Below are positions 1 through 14,250 of a DNA stretch of 64,000 nt, one piece after another. This DNA comes from Raillietiella orientalis. Its lineage: Eukaryota. How positions within the stretch are numbered: the stretch's first letter is position 1; each line of letters begins with the position of its first letter. The DNA is taken from contig JAYWIR010000003.1 in the NCBI GenBank assembly GCA_036172245.1, positions 6,758,001 to 6,822,000 of the forward strand, read 5' to 3'. The notes beneath the pieces are model-generated. The model did no database searches, was not told where the DNA came from, and was given only the letters and a program-made list of their open reading frames with translations. The translations under genes were made by a program, and so were the position numbers.

Positions 1-429
1 CCAAAACAACCGCTCGTCGGTGTGTGGGATGCGCCCTTGATGAAGAGGATGGATTGCATACGGAATCGTGTCCTGAAATGCATCTCGGCCACATACGAGC
101 AAAACACTAGAAAACAGCATTACTATCAATCACAATGGTTTTAAAGACAAACTTTTGCATAAATACCCAGTCACGAGCAGATGACTGTTGATTTTGAAAA
201 TAGACCAAAAAAAAAAAAAAAAACTGGCACAGAATTCATTTTTTTTTCGTGATCAAGAAATCCATTTGAAGAACGGCGGGGAAATATATTTCAGGAAAAG
301 CATCCCGAAGTTTTGCTGGGCACACCATGGCCAGTGGCACTGTTCCCGACAAGCTTCCTTCGCCAGAAAAGCACGACAGCGTTTCCATATTCACAGTCGA
401 CAGGGGTACTGGTCGCGATGACGACCGAT

Positions 430-585
430 CTTCGGGCAGCTTGCTGAACAAAAGATCGGATCGGATCTGCGTGTCGGATGGGAGCAACAGCGTTCGAGCT
501 GCTGCCTCAGGTATAGCTTGTGCGTGCAGGGGTGCCACGTCCAACTCGGGTCGGCGAGCTAACGGACTACAAGCGACGCACAATT
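430..585 (+). pseudogene. Decayed ankyrin-repeat coding remnant
   Basis: Translates SLLNKRSDRICVSDGSNSVRAAASGIACACRGATSNSGRRANGLQATH, resembling LLxxGADxN..DGxTPLHxAAxxG..RGAxxN..NGxTxLH. Confidence 0.4.
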
Positions 586-3500
586 CTCGGGACATTACTG
601 AAGAATTCACAAAACGCCGTTTTCTCAGCCACTCTCCTGCTAAATTCGTAGAACCTGATCGCCGAACACTTAAATTACTTGGGTCGACACGAAAGTGAAC
701 CTGGAAAAACAGCAGGAAACAAATACCTTTGGAGTAAGACCATTTGCAAACGTGCAGTCAACTGCCGGTTCCTAGGTGACGGAAATTCCTTCCAAAAATG
801 AGAAACATTCCCGCATTCGTATGCATTCCATTTATTCAAATCGGAGGGAACTAGCGATCCACGGACTCGGGAGATCCGAATATCATCCAGTTTTTCTTTT
901 TTTTTCTTTCCCCCCCCCCCCCTTCCGATTTCGAACACACTTCAACGGGAAGCCACCTTCAAGTGCCGTCGCTAGCAGAGTCCGCTACACCATTTATTTA
1001 AGTGACGAGCACGGGCACACCATCGTGATATGCCCAAACGTGGCTCGGAAATGAAGCAACTCCTCGACCTCTTGCAGATCAGGGAAGTCCTTTTTCAAGG
1101 CCAGCTCCAAGTTCACTTCGAAAAACATCCTTGTTTGAGAACGCGAAGCACGAAGATGCCTCTTCGGAGTGAAAAGTGCATTCTCAATGATCCCTTGCGA
1201 TTAGGTACGGTACGGTTTAAGACACCGTACAACAAAACAATCATTTACCTGACCAAAAACAAAAGCAGTGTGCGACACGAACACATAACGAGGAAACAGT
1301 TGAGATTACCTTTCGCCATGCCAATGCGAAAACCACTGGCGTGAAAGACTGTACGAGGTGACACCTTTTTCGAATGAACAACCCTCCAAAAAGAACTCAC
1401 CGACAGAAAACAAAGTCGCAAACGCCAATGATACAAATTTCAGGGTTCGTCCGAAACCAGAAGGTTCTTGCTCGGGAGAGCTTTTTTACCAGACCCCTGA
1501 AAGCAAGAACTTCCGCACTCGTTGATGGCGTTCTTCGGAGGTTTCCGTCACTCTCTCGCCACGCTTGAGAATGATGCCAAATTTCAGTTGTCGCCCGTCA
1601 TCCACGGCGGATGCCCAATCATCTCACACACACATCTGATGCAACATACTGGCATGATGCAAGCACACGCGAGTGTGTGCACCGCAAACGCCCTACAAAG
1701 TAAAGCACTTGGAGAACCACACACAGAATGCCCATTCGGTTCGGCAGAGCGCTTCTGCTTGCTTACACGGCTTTGGGCGAAGCTCTCTGCGCTCCAGCAG
1801 CAGAGATCTCTCCGGGCAGAGCTTTTTTCCAAGACAAGTCTGCCACCACTGGCGTTCCACAGAAAAAGGAGCTGCGAAAAGGAGGGAAAAGTCCGTTGGC
1901 TGCTTGAACCGCAAGGGTTTGCACTGGTTCCGTCAGTACAAAAGGGTTAACCCCTTTCTGGACCCCGGCACAAGAACCATTCTGCATCGCAGTCATCTAT
2001 TTATTTCTAGCAGCAACAGCGGTAGTAAATACTTGGCGCTTCGTAGCTTTCGCTCTCACGTGGATATCCAAATGAATTCCATGCTTCTATCGATTACACG
2101 TATGATCGTACACATGACGCTTCTTCGATGCTTCCAAGTGACTCTTTCTCTCCGGCCACGAAAAATCAAAAACATGCACCGCAACTCGGTTTCACTCGAA
2201 AAGATGTCACGACCCCTATACACTACATTGCAGCCACGGATTGAGAAGTTAGAAGGCTGTTGTATGAGAATCCTACGTTACCTTTTCTCAACTTTTCTGC
2301 TTATAACAGTGCAAGCTGTGGAGGCTGCAATCTCAAACCGAAACAAGTTGAGGAGCTGCACACACAATCACAAAATCCGATCTTTCATCCTAAGCATTAA
2401 CAACATAGTATCAAAGCAAGGAGACGGTTCACAATTACGTTGATGACACAGATGTCTCGGATTCAAGTAATTCCAACTTGCAAACTTATACAAATAATTG
2501 AAAAATTTGAATAATGGTGACCTGTGTTTACACACGACTTCTTGAACTGCTGAAACATTTAAAGTAAGTGTTAAAAAGTGCATAACAAAACGTAATTAGT
2601 TTAAGGGTAAGCATTGGCACTATTAGCTAAACTGATATTGTAGAGTATTAGCAAATGGTGATGGATGAACACCTTGCTGAGTTCATTATTTCGACAGATA
2701 CTTTTAGTCAAATACATTTCATAGTCAATAAATTTTTGGTGGAACAATTTTTGTCTTTAAGTCTCAGAAACCAAACTGCAAAGTTTTCTTCATAATTTTG
2801 GGTTCCAATTTTTTCTTCAAGAAACCATAGAACGCTATAAAGTGGACCTTTATCATCTTTAATAACAGGTTCCTAAAACACCATTTCTCATATGTGCTAC
2901 ATGATGACAAAGAAACACTGCTTACAATGTATAAATCAAAAAAGAAAAACAAAAAACAAGAAACAGGTCGCAAATGCCAAAACTGAGAGATAAAACCACT
3001 AGACCAAGACTTTAGTCCAATCTACACACTCACTTAACTATAATTGAATATACTCAGGCAATCCATGTCACACTTTATAGATTCCAAGAAATCTGCAATG
3101 TGCCAAAGTTCTAACAACAAAGATATCCTACATCAAGTGCTTTTACCTACCAATACAAAACACCTGTTACTGACGTGAAATTAAAATGGAGGCTTTGGAA
3201 TTGCATATTTAAAATGAATCCCTAATACTGATCCAAAAAACCACTGAAATTTCAAATAAATGTATTAGTCCACAAGCAGTAAACTCTATTAGAGCAAATC
3301 ACTACAGACTATAGGGAAGTTGGCTTCCAATACCACTTTCACACTAACATCATGGATGATTTCATCTGCCCATAAGGTGGTGAAGAATAGTACCTTTCTC
3401 CAATGATCTTGAATATGGTATTTTAACATTTACCTTCCATAAGGGAAATTTCATTAAATCGTATTTTATATTCCACGAAAGGAATTAAAAGGGCTTTGAG

Positions 3501-6469
3501 GAGGATGCAGTTCTTTCAAAAGTACAAACATAAAATTTGAAATACAACTGCATGCCTCAAATCTTTTAAGTACAAGTGCACAAAAAATACACACAGCATG
3601 TACATGGTTGAATCTGAATCACAACAGTGAACACAACCATTTGTAATCAACAGAGAGAGAAAAAAAAAAAAAAAAACGTGAATCATTTGCACTGGTACAT
3701 AACTTGAAATAAACCAGCAATAACTTTCCAGATGACACAGAGGGATGCAAATTGGAATAAAAGCAAAGCAGCATAAGTGTACAATTTTTAAAGTGTACAA
3801 TGCAGTTAATAGTACAACTCTAACATATTGTTCAACTATGTTAGTTATGTAGTTACGGCCCAAACCATCTTCACTTATGAGATGTGATTGGAAACATGAT
3901 TTTGATAACACAAGTCTTAATTCAAGGTTTCAAATCATCAGTGCAAAACATTCTTAAAACTGGTAACTTGTGATAAACAAGAATAGCTCATCAAAGTTTC
4001 GGAGATGTCTTGAATATTCAACACATTTTTTTTGCATGTTAACAAAAGGTTCATAAACATAGTATGGGCACATCAGCTAAACTATTAACTGCATGAAAAA
4101 TGCCTCTATTCAAAGTTTTTGTCACATGTGGAGACTTTAGAACCTTATCACTTGTAAATTAAATTGAAGTTGACGGATGATTATCATTTGCAACGAAGGT
4201 ACATAACTCCCAGTTTCATTGTTACAACTGGCTCAAACAAGCACATCCAAAACCCAATAAGATGTTTGTCTTCAAACATATGCACTACTATAAATTTCCA
4301 CTAGACTGACAGTAGTGAAGAAAAAAAAAAAAAACATGAAGGATTTATTACCAATAATTCCTTACTATCCAAACTCTATTTTGAAAATGAACACCTCTGT
4401 AAGTCGCATTCTGATGACTTAATATTAAAATGTCTAATTGTCCAGCTGACTATATAAGTTTCTGGTGAAAACTGCATCCAGGCTGAATTACGGACTAATG
4501 GACACGTAATTTAACTCCGTTGGGAAATGATCTAGTCGACATTAAAGTTTTACACCTCTTTTTACAAACACGGGGTTTGCCTCTTTCAACTCCATCCTCC
4601 TTCAATTTGATCACTCAATAAAAAATCTGGGGGATATTTCTGATGATCAAATTTTTAAAGCATTATCACAACACAGAAAATTTGTAAGCATATTGACCAC
4701 GAGAGAGACTGATCATTTGTATTAAAAAGAAAGAAGGACACGAACTGTCTTTTTCGTTTGTACTCTTAATATGCTAAGTTTTCTTCCATTTTACTTACGG
4801 AGAGAGAAAGGATTTTCATACCATGCCTTCATAAATACTTTGGCTGGACTTTCACACAGACTGAAATCGACAATTCCAATGCCATCGTGATTCACGATTT
4901 TCATTTCTTCTTACCATATGGAAGGTTGCCAGTCTCGAAACGAGCATGGTATATTAAATTGCATCAATGCATTATTCACGAACTACCAACTGTATTTTAT
5001 TATCATAAACTTCAAAATACTATTCGAATTACAATGCCATATTGCTATCATTTTCAGTCAAGAATGCATGAAATAAGTTTGACAGGTAGTTACAAACGAA
5101 ATTATTCATTTCAGTTCATAATAGTAACTTCAAGTCTAGATAAAATTCATGATTTTTTTATTTCTCATAATGAAAATAAAAAAACAATAGATAATGCTTC
5201 ATAAATTTTTCATTATTGATGTACCAGCATTTGCAGTACAATGGGGATCTATGGAGCTGTTGAATTTTAAGAAATGCTTATCCGGATGATTGTTTTTGAC
5301 TGCATACAGCAACAAGTGAGCTCATCAATTCGATTACCATTTTCTAAAATTTCAACGTTCCTATTTTAACAGACAGTCGTAATGAATTGGATTAAGCACT
5401 GTAACACGACATAGCATTGTCTAGGAATGTGATAAATACATAGCATTTCAAGCAACAGTCTTACTCGCAAGAAGTTGCATGAATTCTAATGTATGCAATT
5501 GCAATGCAGAAAGCTTAACCCAAATTAATTGGATTCGCACGGGACTGTAGAATCGCTTGGGGAACTGAAAAATGACTCATTTTAACAGAAGCAGTATTTT
5601 AACACATTATTCGTGAACAATGAATTCTGCGGAGATGAATATTTAGTTATTTTTAATAAAAGTTTTCCTTATTTAATAAAAAGGCAGACTGAAATTAGTT
5701 TATGCGACTACCATCAAACTCGGTTCCTCAAATTGGAATCGATCTCCAAATTTGAGAATTATGCTCCAGATTCTAAAAATCAGGCAAGAATAAAATCACT
5801 GATCAAAAAAAAAATGATCAAAATAGGAACTTTAGAAATATATGGAACATGTGTTGAGATTTATATGCATCATTGATGAAGGTTATCGCCTGATTCAGAA
5901 CATTCATAAGTCGCATTATCCTAATTAGTGAAACCTCGTGCTGATGTGAACGATAGCATGGAAGAATAATAGGTACGCTTGTAAGAATAGAGTAAGGTAC
6001 GAAACAAGGTATTTTTTAAAACTGAGATTGCAGCTGATAATAAGATGGGTGTCTAAGACAAACGTTCTTTTTTGTTACTAACGAACATAAAATTCAGGCA
6101 ACTTGCTTGCTTGCTTGTCTTCAAGAGAAACAAACAAGAGAAGTTTTAAACTGAAAGCAGAGTGAGGACCATGAACCATGTGAGGTAATTTTTTTAAAAA
6201 GAAAATCTCAAATTTCATTTCGAATATAATTTTTTTCCTTCTTTTTCCGAATCTTTCCTGCTTGAAAAACCAACATTCTTCTCAGAGGTCCAGTTATCTT
6301 GATCTTTCTTGATAGATACATGAAAGACATGTTTTACGAACAGAAGTAGCAAGCAGAATTTTCCTGTGCCGTTTCTAAGGAGTTGAATTTGCCAGACACA
6401 CAAATGTTCACGTTCATGCAGTCCAGAAACTTTCTGGTTGCTGAAGACTTAAGAAAACGAATTTGTAAC

Positions 6470-7830
6470 CGTTCCTGTCGTGTCTTAGGAACGAAGGAAA
6501 TCGTCCGATACTTCCGGTTGGAATTCCGGACAAATCAGTTGGTCTGGACTTCACTTTGTAGAGGAGAGCTGGATTTGGCACCTGCGGATTCATTATGCAC
6601 AAAATCAATCCAATACTGGCGATCTTCGGATCAAGAGAAAAGCTCTTTGAGAGATGTTGCTTTACGCTGCTCGATGGATTGAACTCATTCTCAAGACCTG
6701 AAGATGTTTTCTTAATCTCTAGACGCACAAGCAGATCGGAGGGAGAAGCAGCGAAAACAGATAGAAACTTGCCCCAGGTTCAGAAGATCTTGATACTTGA
6801 GATCTTTCCAGGGATCAGCTAAAACAGCTCAGAAAATCATTTCCGCACTCTCTAATTATCCGGAAGAGGTGTTTCGATCTATCAGTAGCATAGGACGCCA
6901 TCGAAAAGCTCTGTAGGTGACTCCAAAGCTGTGCTCTGAGAGTGATCTCAAGAGGCAGAAGAGGATTCCTGGTTCGCAGTGCTCCGGTCTTCCCAATGGC
7001 ACTGAGGAGTTCCGGAACGTTTCCAAGCAACCGAGACGGATGAGAGAGACCACCGGATGGCTCCCCCGTGTGCAGGAGGCAAGGGAACCGTCCCGATCAC
7101 ATTCCGCCAAACGCACAACACACGTGATGCGATGAACAAGAAGGAGGGGAGGGAAAGTGTTTCCGAGTCGATGTCTCGGAACAGATTCCGTACCCGGCCA
7201 CCGCTGCGACCCGCCACCCCCTTTCCTCTTCTGCGTGTCCATGCCGAAATGGCATGCCAATTCAAAGATCGAAGGCACGGTAGCAGGTCTTCAGCCACCT
7301 TCTTGGGGGAGCAGCAGGCAGGATGAGAACGGGGTCGACCGTGGTCAGAGCTGGGTTATCTCGTAGAGTGAGGCTCGTTGGTCCTGCACTCGTTGGGAAT
7401 CGGATGCACCGTGGAGACCTCTTTACACGACGTACATTTCAAAAGTATGGGCTTCCGAGTCAGCTACGTACGCTGCAGCTGTGCCCTATGATTATTTAGT
7501 GTGTACAGAAATGCCAGTGCTAGATTTTCCGACAGCGAAATCCGACGACACTTGTTTCGAAGAACGCAGGCGGGAAACCGACTTCCCTGCGGTTAAGTTA
7601 AGAGCCAGGCGCTGCCAAGCAATGGACCGGACGCGTTTCCTCTTCGGTCGAGCGCACATGCTGCACGTTTGCCGGCAACAGGTTTCCTAGTGGGTTATCT
7701 GAGGTTGTGTGCCGATATCAGCTCAAGCTAAAGACGCACCGCAGGCACCTTTCGCCTCAATGGAAAGGCATCGCTTCAGTACGAAAGAACACGCAAAAGA
7801 CAACAGCTGCTGCCAAGTCGCCGCAATCGG
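6470..7830 (+). pseudogene. Decayed ankyrin-repeat coding remnant
   Basis: Frame-broken fragments: VLGTKEIVRYF (~6480), TTGWLP/CAGGKG (~7050), AVKLRARRCQAMDRTRFLFGRAHMLHVC (~7590), ISAQAKD and HAKDNS (~7715-7810). Confidence 0.4.
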
Positions 7831-10219
7831 AAATTATTTTTCAAATTCTCCCGTTCTGAGTGACGTGTCTTCTTTCCGAGAAACGGTCGTTCCACGCATC
7901 CACTTTTGCTCGACTGCAAGGTTTCTCGGAAATCCATGCTCAATGACAGTGTACTGTTTCATCATACGCTCCACGTGATCACACACAGTTACTTGCCTCA
8001 TACAGCAAACAACCGATCCCACCCTTGAATTCACTTCAGAAGCTTCCGCACACTTGCAATGCGAAACGCGAAAATTTTTTACTGAGAAAAATTTGCTTCC
8101 TTCCGTAATCAGTTGGCTCAATGCTTTCTTTTAATCATAATTTTCGAAGAATACCGGTGTCGTTTCAAAACTCAGTTTGGAATGGAATCCTGTTCAGAAC
8201 ACAGCAAACGGAATTACCGGTTTTTGCTCCATTTTCATTATAGAGTAGTGTTCTCGAGAAATCCTAGGCCTCTCCGATTGCACAAAAAATCTACGTAAAA
8301 TAAAGTCTCAAACAAAAAAAAAAAAAATCCCATCATCTGTAAAACGAAATTATAACAAGAAACCGGTAATTAAACTTGTAAGCAAAATCGCTGAAGAAAT
8401 TGGCAGATGTCAGCATTCTGATGTCTGTGAAGTAATGTGAAGATTTACCGTTTTTAATGTGGGACTCCTGGAAACCGCCGCAACCACTACAGGATCCTCC
8501 CCAATCCGTAACGCACATCACTTTTGGAAATTGAATGTCAGAAACTAGGTGCTTTAAATGTAGAACAGTGTAATGATTTTGCCTAGACTTGCAGTGGAAT
8601 GTATTTTAAAATTCAAATATGCTCGATACAAGTGCAGACGTTCAGGTCTTGAATTCGTTTTACTTCTTCTTCCATGTATTCTTTTTAGCAACAAGTGTGA
8701 CTCAGCTCGGATACCAACAACGTCGTTCCAAACTCCAAAGCCATCTAGGGACACACCCTATGAGCATCACGAATAACGCTCGTACATCTGTAAACAAAAA
8801 GGGTTGCTATGTGACAGTGCAATTCACAGTGCAGGTTGCTGTCATCTCCGTTGCACTCAGACCTCCATCCGTGTGACCGAGTCTGTAAGCAGAATCTTCG
8901 TGAATAAACAGAACATTTCAAACCCGTATCGGAATACACACCTTGATGACATGAAATGAACTCGCTGAAGGAAATCCTGAAATGCAAAAAAGGAACGCTT
9001 GAAAACTAGCGCAGAATTCTGGGAGCGCTTTCCAAAATCTCCCCCTTACCCCTGCCTGACCACTAAAGAAGCCATCCCATCGGCTCATCGAGCAGCTTTT
9101 ATTTTCATCAGAGCAGTTTTGATTGTGGTCAAACTTTGAATGCTACGTGTATGCGTAGTTCCGTAAATTCAAAAAAAAAAAAAAAAAAAACAGATATATT
9201 ATAATGTGTGTGCGCCTTGAGACCAACACAGGCAAAAATGTGGATCTGTTCTTTCGAAGTCCGCAAGTCGATGGATGTCTGAGGTCAAAGATGGATCTCA
9301 CAGCCACGAAATCGAGCCTGAGAAATTGTGCGCTCATCCCTGCAGCTGCAAGTTTCTGCGAGATCAGATACGACATGGGCATTTTCTTTTATAATAGATG
9401 AAGAGCATGGTGAGGTCACAAGTGATGTTCGCTCATTACCGTTGTTTAAGAGAGCTTGGAGCAGTCTCCAGTGTCCGTAGCACTCAGTAGTGCATCCGCA
9501 AACCAACTCATTAGTGGGAATTCGATTTTTTTTCTTCTTCTTTCCTTTTTGTTCCTTAGAATAAACACACGAAAAAATTGGTTTCCCTCTTCGGCTTTGA
9601 ACTGATTTTTGCATCCGCGACCAGCTGAAACCTGGCAACGCCAGCCTGCTCGTCTTCCTTGACGGGAAGCGCGGAGGTGAGTTCACATCAAAGGTCCTTT
9701 GTGTGAATTCGACTGCTGGACGACTCGTTCGTGAGATGGCATGGCCTGCTCGTAGTCGGGATGACCGCGTGAAAAAACAGGAAAGAAAAAAAAGGAAGTG
9801 ATGGGCAGCAGGCCGTGATTCGAAAGCCAGTGCAATGCATCAGTGTCTTATTGCCTGCTCCATTAACCGTCCAATGACTTTCATTTGTCCGGGATGCGAC
9901 CGATTGGACAATCGAAAGCGAAGGGACGAAAGGAAAAACCCATTCCAGAGAGGAAGACGGCAACTGTCCGTGAAAAGGACAGGGCTGTGCAAAGACGCAA
10001 AAGAAACAACCGAAAATACAAATGGATCGTACCTAAGTGTATTTTGAGTTAGGTACTGGAGGGGTAAATATAGATCAGGTTTGGCATGCAATGGAAAGAA
10101 GACTTGAAACAAAGAGTTCGAGTTGGAATTGGGTGAATCAGCAGAGGCGGCCGAGAAAGACAATCACCCGTGCTCGACAGACGACTCACCCGACGTAAAC
10201 GGAATGCCAAAACTTGAAA

Positions 10220-12860
10220 AATCAGATGCCTAGCCCTTGGCAAGAACGTGTTGCACTTTCTTCCAGAGATTCCCACGTGGAAATGATTTCTGAGCACGGC
10301 AGATGTCTTGCCGGGAAAGCAAAAGTTTCCGCTGATTCCGTTTCCACGAAGCTTTCAAAAAACAGAGTGGAGATTCCGTCCCGACTGGAGTCGTGTTTCA
10401 CGGTAATCCTGGGAACTGCGTCGGAAACTGAAGTGAGTGGTTAGGAAGAACACCTACGACATGAACTGGGAAACAGGAAGCGAGAAGCAGCCAGTGCACA
10501 TAGGAAGGTTCCCAAAAAGACAGGAGGAAGTTCGTGGTGCGAAACGTCGGGGGATGCGTCGTCGTCGGCAGTCGAGAACTAATTCAAATGACCGTCTTAG
10601 CAGTGCTATAGATGCCAAAGGCGCGTCCTTGGCATGGCAGTACGCTCTCCACATGTTCTTTCGCCGCCGGCGATTGGACCAACGGTGAGCACGTTTAAGA
10701 TCCGATTTTGCCGAGTTGTGAGCGACAACTGCTTCTCAGGGTTAGGTTCGTTCCCTGGAGGAAACTGCGGTAGATGACTAGACAGCTCCAGGTGGGGGAA
10801 AGCAGTCTTTGCCGAGAATGGTTTGCCCGATGGCTTCAACGTAGTCGGGCGTCCGCAAAACCAAGATAGAAGGAACACTCATCCTTCCAGATAAGTACTG
10901 GGAACGCAGTGCAAGAGGTGCATTCGTCTGTTTTGGAAGCAAATCTCACGGGAGTCTGTAGAATTCGGGGCTGCTCCCAGCAGAACGGGACGAAACCAAT
11001 AAACGTTAGCATCTAAGCCATTGCCGACGAGTTCGCGCGATGGAAAATCAGGGACAGGACGCCCACTTCCCTTAAAGTTTGCCTGCCGGAGATCATCCCG
11101 TCTTGGAAATTGCACTCAAACTATCCATAGGGGATCATTTTAGTCAAGCTTTCACATTAAGCGAATAGGTAGTTTTTTTTATTCTTCTTCTTTTCGGCGA
11201 ATTAAGTATTGATTAGCAATGATCGTACTGGCAACCCTGATCGTCCGTATATATGATAGGTATGCCGTTGAGCAACATGCACCCAATGCTTCGCTTGATG
11301 GTTTACTTCAAGAAGCACATTTGTGCCTGTACAGAGTGGATTCTAGCGACTCTACGCACCGTGGCTTCTGATCCAGGTGCCAAAGTCATTCGGGAATGAC
11401 CACGAAACACTGCTACATTCCTCCCATGATAGGACAGTGATGTGAATAAATTGAATAGCATAAAATCGAGCGTTTTTTTTTTTTTACGAGAGGGAGAAAC
11501 AAAGGTCCCTGTTGAGAGCCCTCCCAAAGGTAAAAGTGTGCGCCCCAAATTTTTTTCGCATCTCGACAGAGGTCAACTTTACATAGAGGTCATCGCGTGG
11601 ATGTGGTCCAGGGGCTCTCATTCACGATCCGATTTCCCCCTCCCTCCGCCAGCTCGTCTCTCACTTGAGTGCTTCAACGACTTGCGACGCGTGGAAGTTG
11701 GGAGCAGCTCTGGGCTAGGAGGAAAGGCATGCCGGCAACTTCACCTCAACAGGAAAGAAAACGCCGCACAAAACGCGCACGCGAGGACGGACAGGCACAG
11801 AGATGTTCCATCTCTAGACGAAATCATGCGGGCAAGGATTCTGGAAATTCACCCTGCGAGCGCGAAGATTGCACGCTTTTCCGGGACTGAAGGCCGTCTG
11901 AGGCTTGTCCCGGTACTAACCGAAAGAGGAACCTGGCCATCGGAACGGGGGTTGGCGGTGGGAAGGACGGGAAAGCGATACAAACGGGTGCGGGTACGTC
12001 AAAGACATGATGTACGCGATAGCTCGTGGGTTCTTTTCGAATCTGGAGGCAGTCGACCAGCACGGGTCCACGACTGGAAGTAATCGACTGACTGACGGGT
12101 TATCGGGATGGATTCCCACGGTTCTCTCGAAGGCTACAGGAGATCAGACGCTTTCCAGCTTCCGCGATGCAGGGGTACGACCGGCCGGCGGCGGAACTTT
12201 GCCTGCAACTCGATGGCAACACGCATTCCCGCTGATGGTTCAGTTTGCCCAAGGGGACGCTACCCTCGGTCGCTCTCCAGCGACCAGCGGTCGACGCTGA
12301 CAGGTACCCAGGGAGACCACAGAGCAACTTCCGACGGGTGCGACGATCCGATGGCGTTTCTTATGCCTTATTTATAAGTTTAGTCTGAGCGGCAGTTTGC
12401 ATCCAGCAACCGCGAAATGCCCCGTCTCTTTTCGAAGGAACTCAAGTCACTCCTCTTACATATGCCTGCTGGCAAGGGCGCGTGTTCCGCATTCGAATGA
12501 ATGAGGGGCATCCACCAGATGCACCTGTAAATTCCCTTCCCACTGCCTGGGTGACGAACCCGCTCTTGGCTGCTGCACGCAGCCCATGAATTGTTCTGCT
12601 GTCTTCGGAAAACGCTCACGACGAGACGTTGGAATTTGGCGCTAATTGCTGGCTAATTGTGAATGTGTGCGCGCATGTACTGAGCCTGGAATTCGCGGGT
12701 TCCCCGTCGCTGCACAGCTCTGCACCTCACCCATTACTGGCATTATTTCATGCCACTCTGTACCTGGGGAAAACACACGAAGAAGACGATCCCGTGAGCA
12801 GGGATCTCCGAACTGAAGATTCCCGTGGCCAACCTCTTGATGCCAGTTTTCGTTATTGCT
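10220..12860 (+). pseudogene. Decayed ankyrin-repeat coding remnants
   Basis: Fragments SRDSHVEMISEHG (~10260), IDAKGASLAWQYALHM (~10610), LDGNTH (~12210), TLEFGAN, GSPSLHSSA and RTEDSRGQPL (12625-12840). Confidence 0.4.
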
Positions 12861-14040
12861 CCGGGGGAATGATTGCTCTTTATAATGCGATGACTGGTGA
12901 TGCTATTACCAGTTCACAGGAATGAAGGCTGGCCGTCTGGGAATCACGTCCATTGTTTCTGGTCCATTACTGCGTATTGAAATCTTAAGAGAGAGAGCTG
13001 TGGGTTCGAAATACCATTGTCTGCTCCTTCTCTTAACATCGCCTCTATTAATTTACGACAGATAATTGGCTTCCAGCGCTGCCATGCTCATTCTCCATAC
13101 GCTTTCCATTTCTTTCTTCCGAATATCCTTCCAGAAAATTCCGATAAGATGGAAGAGGTGAATCGTGAAATACCCATTTTAATGAAGACTGGGGCAGCGC
13201 GGAGGGAGTTAATCATACAATTTCACAAGCAATTTGAGATGCTGAAGCGAAGGCTTTCCAGTTCACTGGAGTTACATTTCAGTAGCAGTAGAAATGACTA
13301 CGCGCGCACACACATACACACAGAAGTAGGAACTGAAAAGACAGAAAGGAAAAACTATGCGTCCTGTCCACATGGCGGAATGATTCGGCTATAGTAAGGT
13401 TGGACAGACAGCTGGAAAGGCCTCAGGTAATCTCGGAATCTTCGTGTGCTCGATGCAGTTGAATTCAAACCGGGCAGAGCTTCCAAGAGGACGCGAAACG
13501 TGAAACATTTCCTGCATCTCCTTTCCTCCAACGGAACTGTGAGGGTCCGTTTCGTTGTTTCGCCACAGTTTGCATTCAGAAGGATTCTCAATCACACAAA
13601 ATCCGATGGGAAATGCAAACTCCACTTTCCCCCCTTTCCCTTCAAACTTTGCAAGTCGGTAAACCGTGTGCAATTGCCGAATCTGATCCTGAACAGCAAG
13701 GAAATTTAAGATTCCTCTCAAGGCGGGAAGATTAGAAACTGCGGGATCGAAATCTCTTCCTCAGAACTTCATAGATTCAAAATTCCAATATTCCTTCGAA
13801 ATTACACCCATTCACAAGCATATGATGCTTTTATATACATGTGTGTACCTTCAGAACGTAGCATGGAAGCACCATGCAAATGCACAATCAGCTCTCTGTT
13901 TCTTCTTCTTCGAATCCCTAAGCCATCTATCTACACTCTCAACTTTTCCGAATCGAAAGCAATTTTTTGGCTCTTTGAGTTCCTTTCTTCATCCATCACT
14001 GGTATTATTTTATCCCATGCCGTTCCAGGGGAAAACACAT

Positions 14041-14250
14041 GCTCTTTGATTACCTGTTGATCACTGGATACATTAAAATTATAGCTGAACCGTTAACGAA
14101 TCCTTAATGCTTTTTCCATCGCCAGATGAAGGAGATGTTTAATCTTCCAGATCCCCTCTGTGTAGGAACTGAAAATGGTGAGGGTTCTGCCATTCCGCTG
14201 ATCCTGGCTATTCCAAGACTTCTGCATGTTTCCCAATGCAGCTCTCTCCC
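14041..14250 (+). repeat. Diverged direct repeat, copy 1 (partner 16081-16287)
   Basis: Colinear ~205-nt match, e.g. AATCCTTAATGCTTT...CAGATGAA.GA.ATGTTTAATCT...TGTAGGAACT.AAAATGGTGA...CTGATCCTG. Confidence 0.9.

Noticed and set aside
6740..6830. Minus-strand F-box-like string LKYQDLLNLGQVSICFR
   Set aside because: No LP.E N-terminal half, flanked by stops, and the opposite strand fits the ankyrin-remnant pattern better.
13123..14125. Possible U12 intron (ATATCCTT at 13123, TCCTTAAT at ~14101)
   Set aside because: No flanking coding exons and no AC acceptor; 8-mers like these are expected by chance in 64 kb.
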